Assembly (NCBI GenBank): GCA_950097015.1
Contig: CATNEN010000038.1
Coordinates: 14,384,001-14,448,000, forward strand
From: Macrostomum hystrix
Lineage: Eukaryota > Animalia > Platyhelminthes
Direction: 5' to 3'
Length of the DNA stretch: 64,000 bases
Positions 1 through 12,101 of the stretch are shown piece by piece. How positions within the stretch are numbered: position 1 is the stretch's first letter; every line of letters starts with the position of its first letter. The position numbers were made by a program, and so were the translations under genes. The notes under the pieces were generated by a model that did no database searches, had not been told where the DNA came from, and saw nothing but the letters and a program-made list of their open reading frames with translations.

Positions 1-125
1 GGGACTCACTAAAATGCAGAGTTACGTGTCTTGCTAAAGGATACAAATTGTTCCATTGGAGTCGGGAATCGAACCCCCGACCTTTCAGTCATGAGTCCGA
101 CGCCCAAACCACTAGGCTACAACCC
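1..125 (-). mobile_element. tRNA-derived SINE, family 1 (5' part; continues off the left edge)
   Basis: Reverse strand reads GTAGCCTAGTGG (A box)...GGTTCGATTCC (B box), then GTATCCTTTAGCAAGACACGTAACTCTGCA. Related body segments occur at 26455-26665 and 50208-50335; a related head occurs at 51620-51813. Confidence 0.7.
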
Positions 126-1702
126 CTACTTGCGTAACTAAATAGTAAAACAAATAATGCTAACTATGTAAATAAAGCTGGGTACCGACAGCTTAAAATT
201 GAATAAAAAAAGCGACGCGATAAAATACAAATAAGTTCAGACAGGGCCTCCGTAAACATTTTATAGGAAATACGTGATAGGCTGGGCTAGAAAATGGGGG
301 CCGACAGAGCGGGGAGAAAATGAGGTCGATAAATGAAGGGGACAGAGAATGTACACGTTTAGGCCAGACTGGGGGGTAGCGCGAAGAAGGCATGGAAAAA
401 ATCAATTATAGGTTCAATTTTAAGACTTTGTGGCTATTTATAGAACACCAATAAAGGCCTCATTGGTTGTTGCTATTTTTAGAAAAGACTACATAAGCGG
501 GACCCCTTGTCGTAGCTATTTTAGATAATCTCACGAAGAACCCCTGTTTAACACCGAACCGTTAAGAGCCGCCTGACTTACAATGACTTCTAGCATTGTG
601 TTTTCCCAAGCTACCCTTGCGTCAAAGGCAAAGGTGTGCAAAGTCACTGCAACATTTCTGCGCTTTCCATAGGATGTACGAGATGTATAGATCATTGTTT
701 AGCTCAATTATAATTTAATAGAATGCGTAACAGAAAAATGTTACGATCTCAAAAAATAATATAAATTCGCAATTTGGTGTTTGTATAACTTCGGCGCGCC
801 CAATTTGATATAGTCTAACGGATGTGCACTAAAAGTACATTTTAATTTATATCCGATGCCACTCTACAAATGCGAATAATTTTAATCAAGGCAGTGGGCC
901 GACCGTAAAAATATTTTGTCTACAAGGCTGCATTCCTTACCAGTCTACAAGAATCCTCGAACGGCAAAGATGTGCAACTCGAGGTTTGTTGCCTGCATGG
1001 CAGACTCGCCTCGAGTTCACCCACAAAGTGGCCACTTGTTTATTCGGCGGCCTTTGTCTTCCTTTCATTTTGCCTCTTCACGTCTCATACAGTCTCATCT
1101 CATATAAAAATTAGAGCTATTCAACTCATTTCTTTCTAAATAGTTTTTGGCTTTCGTCTCTTCGTCAAAGTCTATCTGTGCGAGATGTGCGGCACTTAAA
1201 CATCTCTATCGGGCCGGGTCCTTCTCGGTGATAGAAATATTTTAGACTTAAATAGACACTGTTTCGAGTCATATACGTTGAGAAATGCAACAATACATCT
1301 GGATGATGAAATGAACGCTTTCGGGGGTTCTTTTGTGTGTAACGCCGTGCAAAGCAAATTATGGATACGAAGCCTTGGCACAATGGCTTAGCTCATATTC
1401 TAAGGAATTCGACGCGCTCTAGATCTGGCATACAAAATTTGCTGGTAAGGTAGGCAGGGCGTTGCGCAGTTTTGAGTTCTGTGGCGCGACCCATGGCTAA
1501 ACATGAGTCTATTTTATTATATTGTCCCAAAGAACTGCGCGTTTAAACTTTTCGCACGATTTCACAGACCCATATTGACCAACGGACAATGTAGACTTTG
1601 AGAAGGGCTCCGTTTTGGTTTTCAATAAAAGCGCCGAAACAATTTATAATTAGCCGATTTATAGGACAGAAACTTTGAAGAGTTTAAAACGCAGAAACGC
1701 AC

Positions 1703-2144
1703 CTGTAATGATGAAGGAATAGCTGATGTAAGCCAGGAAATCGCAACGTTCAGCTACGGCGCCAGAGACTATGGTAGCCGACGTCGCAGCGAACACAAAC
1801 TGGAAGAACCAGTGATGAAATCTAGAGTCGGGCAGGTAGGACATTGCAAAGTAGCCGCTGCCGCAGAATGGGTTGCCATTCGGGGCTCCGAAGGCCAGGC
1901 CGTAGCCGATGACGTAATAGGCGATGCCGCCTATGAAGGAGTCCAGGATGTTCTTAATGAGGATGTTGGTTGTGTTCTTCGAGCGCACAGCTCCAGCCTC
2001 AAGGAATGCGAAGCCGCACTGCATGAAGTAGACAACAATGCCCATTGTGCAGAGGAAGAATGAGTCCAACGAGGCGTTGGTGCTGGCCACTTTGGCCTTC
2101 AGTTCCAGCAGTGTGGCGTTCATTGCGTCGATAGAAGTCGCCAT
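1703..2144 (-). CDS. amt: Ammonium transporter (Amt/Mep family), first coding exon; the rest is not found and probably lies left of the window
   Basis: Contains the motifs FMQCGFAFLEAGAVRSKNTTNIL and FFQFVFAATSATIVSGAVAER. Phase-1 donor ACAG|GTGCGT at 1703/1702. Confidence 0.93.
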
Positions 2145-3194
2145 GGCTTGGACTGGTGCTGTGTGCTAGTGGAGCGGTTGAGCAGTTTGAGCAACAGTGG
2201 CTGAATCTGCTGTTTGCGTTTTGTGCTCAAGTAGTATACGTATGTGAGTGAGAGGCGGAGAGAGAATCGTCGGATATTCTCATTGTGCTTTGACTATAAA
2301 ATACAGAATGAATATAAAATAATAAACAACAGCCATTGGCTGCTGTGACACTTTGTGCGGGCAGGCTGACAATGACTAAAGCTAGGAGGTGAGAGAGGAG
2401 TAACTGCTAGAGTTGAGGTGGGTGCTGTCCTCGCGCCAAAATGAGACTAAATGTGAGGCTTGATGGCTACAGCTAGGTGTGCTCAGCTAGAATGTTCGCG
2501 AATTCTAGATAACTGGCAACAGAACTCCACCTTGGACCAATAAATGTAATTAGTTATTCTTGTGATGTCTCTAAATTGACTGCACGCAGTGATAAAAGCC
2601 TATCATTAGCAGGTTGAAACCACTGCAATTGACAATCGTGCCTTTCACTTCAGGTGCGAATGCACAATGAATTAATGCTACTATTGTGATTGTCGGCCGC
2701 ACTGATTACAGGGCATGCACAGTTTTCCAAGTGTCTAATTGGCTTCTTGGAGTCCATAGCTTTCACCTGCTTCGTGGCATAATAGCCTAAGATGTTAAAT
2801 TAGACACAGATTTTAATTACAGGCTTAGTGCGGTACCGTGCTCGTGTTTGACATCTGGACTCTAGTTAGATTTATAAAAGAAAAGAAAATTAACATTCTA
2901 CTTTGATCAACACTTCCTCGAAGTAAGAAGACAACTACAAATTATCGATGCAAAACCAGAATTGTAATGAGAGCCAAAGCGGAAACGGTAATTGAAACAC
3001 GTGTAAGCTACAAGTGCTGTGACCAACGGCCAAGTTACAAAAAGAATTGCAAAAGCCTCACGTCATGCGACAAAAACGATTAGTTGCACACACTCAAGGA
3101 CCAGTAATACAGCGGTAGAAGGACATTTCCCTCGCTTATTATAAGGCTTAATTTGCTTAAAAACACGCCGACGTTTGAGTCACATTAATCACGA

Positions 3195-4280
3195 ATTCGG
3201 CCGATTTCATTCACACTCAAGAATCTTCGTCCGATTCCAGTCACAATCAAGAATCTTCGTCAGATTCCAGTCACACTCAAGAATCTTCCGCAGATTCCAG
3301 TCACACTCACGAATCTTCAGCAGATTCCAGTCTTACCCACGAATCTTCAGCAGTTTCCACTCACGCTCAAGAATCTTCAGCAGATTTTAGTCACACTCAT
3401 GAATCTTCAGCAGTTTCCAGTCACGCTCAAGAATCTTCAGCAGTTTCCAGTCACACTCAAGAATCTTCCGCAGATTCCAGTCACACTCACGAATCTTCAG
3501 CAGATTCCAGTCACAATCAAGAATCTTCGTCAGATTCCAGTCACACTCAAGAATCTTCCGCAGATTCCAGTCACACTCACGAATCTTCAGCAGATTCCAG
3601 TCTTACCCACGAATCTTCAGCAGATTCCAGTCACGCTCATGAATCTTCAGCAGTTTCCACTCACGCTCAAGAATCTTCAGCAGATTTTAGTCACACTCAT
3701 GAATCTTCAGCAGTTTCCAGTCACGCTCAAGAATCTTCAGCAGATTTTAGTCACACTCACGAATTTTCAGCAGATTCCAGTCACGCTCAAGAATCTTCAG
3801 CAGATTCCAGTCACGCTCAAGAATCTTCAGCAGATTTTAGTCACACTCAAGAATCTTCGGCAGATTCCAGTCTTAACCACGAATCTTCAGCAGATTCCAG
3901 TCTTACCCACGAATCTTCAGCAGATTCCAGTCACGCTCACGAATCTTCGTCAGATTCTAGTCACACTCACGAATCTTCGTCAGATTTCAGTCACACTCAA
4001 GAATCCTCGTCAGATTCCAGTCACACTCAAGAATCTTCCGCAGATTCCAGTCACACTCACGAATCTTCAGCAGATTCCAGTCTTACCCACGAATCTTCAG
4101 CAGTTTCCAGTCACGCTCAAGAATCTTCAGCAGTTTCCAGTCACGCTCAAGAATCTTCAGCAGATTTTAGTCACGCTCAAGAATCTTCGTCAGATTCTAG
4201 TCACACTCACGAATCTTCAGCAGATTCCAGTCTTAACCACGAATCTTCAGCAGATTCCAGTCTTACCCACGAATCTTTAG
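3195..4280. repeat. 30-bp minisatellite (GAATCTTCAGCAGATTCCAGTCACACTCAA), about 36 copies
   Basis: Direct tandem periodicity of 30; it explains ORFs 3175 and 3399. Confidence 0.95.
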
Positions 4281-4980
4281 TCTCGATCGACAGAGATTCG
4301 GTTAGAATGGGAAAAATCGTGCCATTGTGTCATATAGTCGAATTAAAGTGATTAGAAAGATATTTCTGTATTTACAGTACAGTTTCGGAGGCGTATAAAA
4401 TAGAATAATTTGTCAAAACACCCGCATTAATTGTACGCGTATTTCAGCACATGGCTTAATAAAACAGTTCCATTTGGTTCACACTAAGCATAATGCTCAC
4501 ACAAGCAACCTACATATAAGCCAGTTAAGGTCCATAGCATGCTCAAAGCTAGCTGCTCATTATTCTCAATCTCTATCTCTACTCGGTACAGGCTTAAGAC
4601 TACTTAAAAAAGCAAAGAATATGAAATAGAATAGTTTTGCTTACTCTATTTTGTTGCCTCTATGTTTCAGCTATGAAAATACGAGTACTAAATAAATTAA
4701 TAAAGACGGAAAACTGGAGCTACACCAGAAACATTTGTAAATAAATTAAATCACAATCACACTCGGTAAGCAGAAATATCGAGCGAAACAGCAGTAAAGA
4801 ACTTACTACAAAACTCACTATATTTGTAAATTGATCATTTTATGACAAAAATATGCGATAACCGATTTCGTCTACTATTAGTAGAATCACAAGGGAATGA
4901 GCAAATTGTTAGTAACTTGCGCTTTAAGAGAGAATTAATTACATAATTTTCTAACTGACCAACTTCACCTACATGGAATT

Positions 4981-5487
4981 AACTGGGTCAAGGTTGATGG
5001 GTCAGTGACCTGAACTGGGTCAAGGTTGATTGGTCAGTGACCTGAACTTGGTCAAGGTTGATGGGTCAGTGACCTGAACTGGGTCAAGGTTGATGGGTCA
5101 GTGACCCGAACTGGGTCAAGCTTGATGGGTGAGTGACCTGAACTGGGTCACGCTTGATTGGTCAGTGACCTGAACTGGGTCAAGGTTGATTGGTCAGTGA
5201 CCTGAACTGGGTCAAGGCTGATGGGTCACTGACCTGAACTGGGTCAAGGCTGATGGGTCAGTGACCTGAACTGGGTCAAGGTTGATGGGTCAGTGACCTG
5301 AACTGGGTCAAGGCTGATGGGTCACTGACCTGAACTGGGTCAAGGCTGATGGGTCAGTGACCCGAACTGGGTCAAGGTTGATGGGTCAGTGACCTGAACT
5401 GGGTCAAGGTTGATGGGTCAGTGACCTGAACTGGGTCAAAGTTGATGGGTCAGTGACCTGAACTGGGTCAAGGTTAATGGGTCAGTG
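4981..5487. repeat. 32-bp minisatellite (AACTGGGTCAAGGTTGATGGGTCAGTGACCTG), about 16 copies
   Basis: Direct tandem periodicity of 32; most units contain the palindrome GGTCA-N-TGACC. Confidence 0.95.
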
Positions 5488-5640
5488 CGCTCAAATGATA
5501 GGTCAATTAATCAATTCACGCGGTAAGTTCAGGTAATCAAAGCAAAATTTAGATAAAAAAAGTTCCAACGAAGGCCACAGTCGGTCGCGATCAAGACATG
5601 GGTGACAGGCGGATGTCCAGCCAAGGTCAGCACTGAGTCT

Positions 5641-8600
5641 TCACAGCTTGGCTTCTAAGCCTCTGACGTGCCTGGACCTTAGGCGCCAGACATCCTCGTA
5701 TGAAATCTTTGCGTCCGGGCCAAGTCGTCGGCGAACGATATCGTCAACTTCTTCGGCAATGCGCTGCTGATCCGTGCCTTTGACGTCGATGTAGGTGACG
5801 TGCGAGGAGGCGTAGTGACAGGAGATGGCCTTGCGATAGCCGTTGGTTCGATTCGCGCCGCTGCCGTGAATGAGCAGCGGATGAAAGAAGACGGTGTCTC
5901 CGGCGGACATCTCCAGGTAGGTGAGCGGCAGCGAGGCCGGGTCCAGGTCAACGATGCCGTGGAAGGCCTTGTTCACCTTGCCCTGGGGTGAGGGAAAGGG
6001 GAACAGGACCCCGGAGCTAGCGATTGGCACATCTTGTCACTCTCGAACCCTTTCTGTCACTAACCCTTTCTGTCACTCTCAAACCCTTTCTGTCACTCTC
6101 AAACCCTTTCTGTCACTCTCGAACCCTTTGTCACTCACAAACCCTTTCAGTCACTCTCAAACCCTTTCTGTCACTCTCGAACCCTTTGTCACTCTCAAAC
6201 CCTTTCAGTCACTCTCAAACCCTTTCAGTCACTCTCAAACCCTTTCAGTCACTCTCAAACCCTTTCAGTCACTCTCAAACCCTTTCAGTCACTCTCAAAC
6301 CCTTTCTGTCACTCTCAAACCCTTTCTGTCACTCTCGAACCCTTTGTCACTCACAAACCCTTTCAGTCACTCTCAAACCCTTTCTGTCACTCTCGAACCC
6401 TTTGTCACTCTCAAACCCTTTCTGTCACTCTCAAACCCTTTCAGTCACTCTCAAACCCTTTCAGTCACTCTCAACCATTTCTGTCACTCTCAACCCTTTC
6501 TGCCACTGTCAACCCTTTCTGTCACCCACAAGCCTATCTGTCACTCTCAACCCTTTCTGTCACTCTCAAACCCTTTCAGTCACTCTCAAACCATTTCTGT
6601 CACCCTCAAACACTTCTGTCACTCTCAAGCCTTTCTGTCACCCTCAAGCCTTTCTGTCACTCTCAACCATTTCTGTCACTCTCAACCCTTTCTGCCACTG
6701 TCAACCCTTTCTGTCACCCACAAGCCTATCTGTCACTCTCAACCCTTTCTGTCACTCTCAATCCTTTCTGTCACTCTCAACCCTTTCTGTCACTCTCAAC
6801 CCTTTCTATCAGCCTCAATCCTTTCTGTCACTTTCAACCATTTCTGTCACTCTCAACCCTTTCTGACACTCTCAATCCTTTCTGTCACTCTCAACCCTTT
6901 CTGTCACTCTCAACCCTTTCTATCACCCTCAACCCTTTCTGTCACTTTCAACCATTTCTGTCACTCTCAACCCTTTCTGACACTCTCAATCCTTTCTGTC
7001 ACTCTCAACCCTTTCTGTCACTCTCAACCATTTCTGTCACTCTCAACCCTTTCTGTCACTGTCAACCCTTTCTGTCACCCACAAGCCTATCTGTCACTCT
7101 CAACCCTTTCTGTCACTCTCAACCCTTTCTGACACTCTCAATCCTTTCTGTCACTCTCAACCCTTTCTGTCACTCTCAACCATTTCTGTCACTCTCAACC
7201 CTTTCTGTCACTGTCAACCCTTTCTGTCACCCACAAGCCTATCTGTCACTCTCAATCCTTTCTGTCACTCTCAACCCTTTCTGACACTCTCAATCCTTTC
7301 TGTCACTCTCAACCCTTTCTGTCACCCTCAACCCTTTCTGTCACTCTCAATCCTTTCTGTCACTCTCAACCCTTTCTGACACTCTCAATCCTTTCTGACA
7401 CTCTCAATCCTTTCTGTCACTCTCAACCATTTCTGTCACTCTCAAATCCAATCCGTCACTTTCAAACCCTTTCGTCAAAGTTCAAACCTTACACTTAAAA
7501 TCTGAAATCGTTCCTGTCACTCTGAAATCGCTCCGACTCACCTCCCATTTGGGATAATCGTGAGGAAGGAGTTCGCCTCGCAGGTGGCTACCGGGCGCTG
7601 CCACCAAGCAGCCGTTGGCCCTATTAACGGGCTCCAGGGCAGTCCAGGCGCACACAACCCGGTCAGCCGGCCTGAAAGGGAAATAGTACAGGTCCTGGTG
7701 CAGCGGGTGCCTGCTGGTCAGGGTGCCCCTGTCTGGCGGCTTGCTGATTAGCATTGTGTGCATGGCCGTCACGTCAGGCCCGATTATGTCAACCACGTAG
7801 TCCAGCACCTGGATGAGGAGTGTTTGTGAGGCTTGGGTATGTTAGATCGTGGTTTGTGCAATTTCAACCAAAATCCCACTCGATACCCATCGATTCTTGG
7901 GATTCTAAATCCCGATTCTAAATTTTCAAATCCCGATTCTAAATTCTCCAATCCGGATTCTAAATCCTTAAATCCCGATTCTAAATCCTCAAATCCGGAT
8001 TCTAAATCCTCAAATCCCGATTTTAAATTTTCAAATCCTGATTCTAAATTCTCAAATCCGGATTCTAAATCCTGAAATCCAGATTCTAAATCCTCAAATC
8101 CCGATTTTAAATTTTCAAATCCCGATTCTAAATTCTCAAATCCGGATTCTAAATCCTTAAATCCCGATTCAAAATCCTAAAATCACGATTCTAAATCCTT
8201 AAATCCCGATTTTATATCTTTCAATCTGGATTCCAAATAATAAAATACTGACTCTAATATTTAAATCCTGATCCTACGAGTCTCGTAAATCCTTAAATCC
8301 CCAATCTAAATCCTTACTTCCCTTTTCTATCTTTCAATCCGGATTCCAAAACCCTAAATGATGTTTCTAAATCAACATACCCGCAGTAATGGAACCAATC
8401 AGATCATTTACCTGTGGCAGTTGGCAGAATGCGAACAGTCTCTCCTCGTCCTGGAAGTCCTGCAGTTTGTACACAGCTCGCTCGCCGCTGCCATTCTCGT
8501 CCACAGCGCTGACGTCGCGCATGACGGTGAGGAAGGGCGACCGAGGAGCGCCGGAGCAGATTTCTTGAAAACGGGCGCTGGCGTGAAGGATTAAAAAATA

Positions 8601-9878
8601 AGGTTTTTTAAAGAAAACTTTTACCTGCTTTCGTGGCAAGAACGATATTTAAGGAGGCAATAGCGAGATTTCGGAAAGCAGAAACATGGGATTTCTGAAG
8701 GCAGAAATATGGGATTTCTGAAGGCAAAAACATAGGATTTCTGAAGGCAGAAATATGGGATTTCTGAAGGCAGAAACATGGGATTCTGAAGGTAGAAACA
8801 TGGGATTTCAGAAGGCAGAAATATGGGATTTCTGAAGGCAGAAACATGGGATTTCTGAAGGCAGAAATATGGGATTTCTGAAGGCAAAAACATAGGATTT
8901 CTGAAGGCAGAAATATGGGATTTCTGAAGGCAGAAACATGGGATTCTGAAGGTAGAAACATGGGATTTCAGAAGGCAGAAATATGGGATTTCTGAAGGCA
9001 GAAACATGGGATTTCTGAAGGCAGAAACATGGGATTTCTGAAGGCAGAAACATGGGATTTCTGAAGGCAGAAATACGAGATTTCTGAAGGCAGAAACATG
9101 GGATTTCTGAAGGCAGAAACATGGGATTTCAAAACGCAGAAACATGGGATTTCTGAAGGCAGAAATGCGAGATTTCTGAAGGCAGAAATGCGAGATTTCT
9201 GAAGGCAGAAATAAGAGATTTCTGAAGGCAGAAATATGAGATTTCTGAATGAATAAGCATAGGATTTCTCTATCCGACGGTTAAAATATGGGATTTCTGA
9301 AAGAACAAATAAAGGCTTTCTAACTGCATAACTGCTGGACTTGAAAATGGGGTTTCTCGACAACAAAATGGGATACCACAAACTAAACGCTTCTAAAACT
9401 ACTTATAGTAGAATACCAATACATACGAGCGTACTAAGTAGCATATGCAAGTTTCTCGACAACGCTCATATTACCACCAAAAAAATAAAATTACAGTAAA
9501 GTATTTTTGGGTCATTCAAACTAAACAAATGGCGTCACATTCAAAATTGCCATAGCCTAAAAGACCAGAAACAGAAGACGACGAAGAAAGATTGAAATCA
9601 AACTGAACTTGAAGACCAGACTTTGAGAAGAGATAAGAACTAGCGAACACAAAATATTATCTGCTGGTTGAACTGAAGCGCAACTAAAGCTTAGTAAAAT
9701 ATATCTTCCACAAAGGTACAAATGAAGGTCAGTGTCGAGCAGCTCACACATAATCACGCCTGCATTCCTCGGGCACCAAATTCTTCACAACTATGAAGCC
9801 GTTCTTTTCGTAGAAAACCCGATCGGCCTGGCTTAGTTTTCCGCCGCCCAGGGTGTAGCGAAGCTGCGCCTCTGCCAT
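5641..9878 (-). CDS. PHYH: Phytanoyl-CoA dioxygenase, 301 aa; exons 9748-9878, 8412-8577, 7542-7808, 5641-5982
   Basis: All introns are GT-AG with matching phases (2,0,0). Motifs [39 protein letters not shown] (HxD iron ligands) and [30 protein letters not shown] match PHYH. The protein ends in AKL. Confidence 0.95.
6035..7470. repeat. 20/19-bp minisatellite (TGTCACTCTCAAACCCTTTC) filling PHYH intron 3
   Basis: Tandem periodicity; the unit shortens from 20 to 19 bp from about 6470 onward. Confidence 0.95.
7865..8355. repeat. 21-bp minisatellite (AAATCCCGATTCTAAATTCTC) in PHYH intron 2
   Basis: Tandem periodicity of 21. Confidence 0.9.
8665..9300. repeat. 23-bp minisatellite (GAAGGCAGAAACATGGGATTTCT) in PHYH intron 1
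   Basis: Tandem periodicity of 23. Confidence 0.95.
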
Positions 9879-10270
9879 TGTAATGTACTTTTAGAATGTA
9901 CTTTTGTAATGCTATGTCGCCGTAGTGGCTGCAATAAAACAGTTCAGGGTCTGGTTATCATATTTTTGTTGAATTAGAACAATAAAATTCATAGAAATAA
10001 ATTAAGCAATAAAAAAAGTCTGACCATTTTTAAAGATTCTCAAGATCAAGCAGGACTTTTTTAATTGCGAGCAATATAAATGTCAACGGTCGTTGCCAAT
10101 GACAATCAGCTATAAAACAGTTGAAGAAATGCACATTTTCAGAGAAAAAAACAACCCAAAAATTGCACACGTAGCTGTGAGGACGACAAACTAGTTGCTA
10201 GAAAGTCCAATGTGGTTTTTACGGGTGGGGACTTGGAAGCAACAAAAATGTTATTCCACTCTGAATAGTC

Positions 10271-11893
10271 TCAAGCATGTGAAATTCGCCTTCGCCGGAG
10301 CCTCAGGATCACCCTAGTCAGAGCCGCTGATTCCACTCGCAGCACCGTCTCGCACTGGAACTCGCCGAGTTTGTCGACAAATTCGCAGAACAACGACTCG
10401 GAGCCGCCGACGCCGAAGTAGCTGACCTTGGCTGCCACCAGAGCTTCGCCGTCAGCGGCCAGAATGTGGCTCAGAGCTCCGTGCAGCTGGTCATAGTAAT
10501 CAGGATTGTAGATTGTCTCAGCCGTTAGGACCAGATCGAAGGCGCCCTTCATATTGTCTGCGGCTGCTAAACTGGCCCACGTGCCCGCTAGGAAGTCTAA
10601 TTTTAGCTGCTGCTGCTGCCGCTGCTGCTGCTTATTCAGTTCAGACAGGTTCAGGCGAGTATTTGGCATTGTCCAAGCGCGCAGAACCTCGGCATTGAAG
10701 TCCTATTTATGGGCGAACAAATATGCGAGCTGTAGATTGTCAAAGACACAAACTGATGATCGTCAAGGACTCAAACTGAAGATTGACAAGGACTCAAACT
10801 GAAGATTGACAAGGACTCAAACTGAAGATTGACAAGGACTCAAACTGAAGATTGACAAGGACTCAAACTGAAGATTGACAAGGACTCAAACTGAAGATTG
10901 ACAAGGACTCAAACTGAAGATTGACAAGGACTCAAACTGAAGATTGACAAGGACTCAAACTGAAGATTGACAAGGACTTAAAGTGAAGATTGACAAGGAC
11001 TTAAACTGAAGATTGACAAGGACTTAAAACTGAAGATTGACAAGGACTTAAACTGAAGATTGACAAGGACTCAAACTGAAGATTGACAAGGACTCAAACT
11101 GAAGATTGACAAGGACTCAAAGTGAAGATTGACAAGGACTCAAACTGAAGATTAACAAGGACTTGAAGTGAAGATTGACAAGGACTTAAACTGAAGATTG
11201 ACAAGGACTTGAAGTGAAGATTGACAAGGACTCAAACTGAAGATTAACAAGGACTTGAAGTGAAGATTGACAAGGACTTAAACTGAAGATTGACAAGGAC
11301 TTGAAGTGAAGATTGACAAGGACTTAAAACTGAAGATTGACAAGGACTTAAACTGAAGATTGACAAGCTACTCGCCGCACCTGAAACGCCAGTCTCTCTG
11401 GTGCCAGTCGCCACAGGCAGGCCAGTCCAGGCAGACCGCCACCGCAGCCCAGCTCGATGACCCGCAGTCCAGATGGCAGATAATCAGCCGAGCTCGTCAG
11501 CAGCCATTCAGCCAAATCAACCGAGCACTCCCATAGCTGGAAGCCGCCTTCGTAAATGCCGCTGACTAGGTCTGTCAGCTCTGCGGCTACATCAGCACTA
11601 GGCATCAGGTCATTGGCTCTGGCCCAAAGACTAACCTCCTCTGGGCAATAGTAGCTAATGGTGGTTGTTCCACTAGGAGACGCCAAAATTTCCACTGAGT
11701 CTACTACATTGTCTTCGCATACTGGTAACTCGTCACAGTCCAAACTGAGTTCAACAAGTGGAGGAGGTGGTTGCAAGTCAGCAATTCTTTCAGACTGTTT
11801 GGTTTTAACAACTGGAGCTAATGTACTTTTAATATCACCACTACTCCCAGCATCATCTTGATCAATTTGAAAGTTAAATGCAAATGATGCCAT
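10271..11893 (-). CDS. METTL18: Histidine protein methyltransferase METTL18/Hpm1-like, 314 aa; exons 11381-11893, 10271-10702
   Basis: Motifs DLVSGIYEGGFQLWECSVDL, SAM motif I VIELGCGGGLPGL, the spliced junction FQ|DFNAEVL, DLVLTAETIY and KVSYFGVGGS. The intron is a phase-0 GT-AG. Confidence 0.9.
10764..11367. repeat. 23-bp minisatellite (CAAGGACTCAAACTGAAGATTGA) filling the METTL18 intron
   Basis: About 26 near-identical tandem units. Confidence 0.95.
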
Positions 11894-12101
11894 TATTTTG
11901 ATTGAGTTTACAAATTCATGGAATTAAGTTATATGGTACAAACAACTGTGGCAGAAGTTAATTTGGTTGTGAAAGGTTGAGCTGCAAGAATAAATTTTTA
12001 TTAAAAAGACAAGCAAAAAGGCAGGATAAGCCATGGATAGATAAAGTTTAAAAAATACTAACTATATCCATAATTATATGTTTGATATAAGTATTATGAT
12101 A

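Noticed and set aside
58-125. tRNA-Met(CAT)-like gene on the minus strand
   Set aside because: 8-nt anticodon loop and no acceptor stem; it continues into a repeated body, so it is a SINE head.
3175-4280. 293-aa ORF of NLQQIPVTLK repeats
   Set aside because: Product of a stop-poor 30-bp minisatellite; no unique domain or splice context, and adjacent ORFs use different frames.
5921-9381. Long ORFs (403, 280, 174, 137 aa etc.) over PHYH introns
   Set aside because: Translations of intronic minisatellites.
3195-11367. CRISPR-like appearance of 20-32 bp repeats
   Set aside because: Units are contiguous with no unique spacers, there are no cas genes, and the context is eukaryotic.
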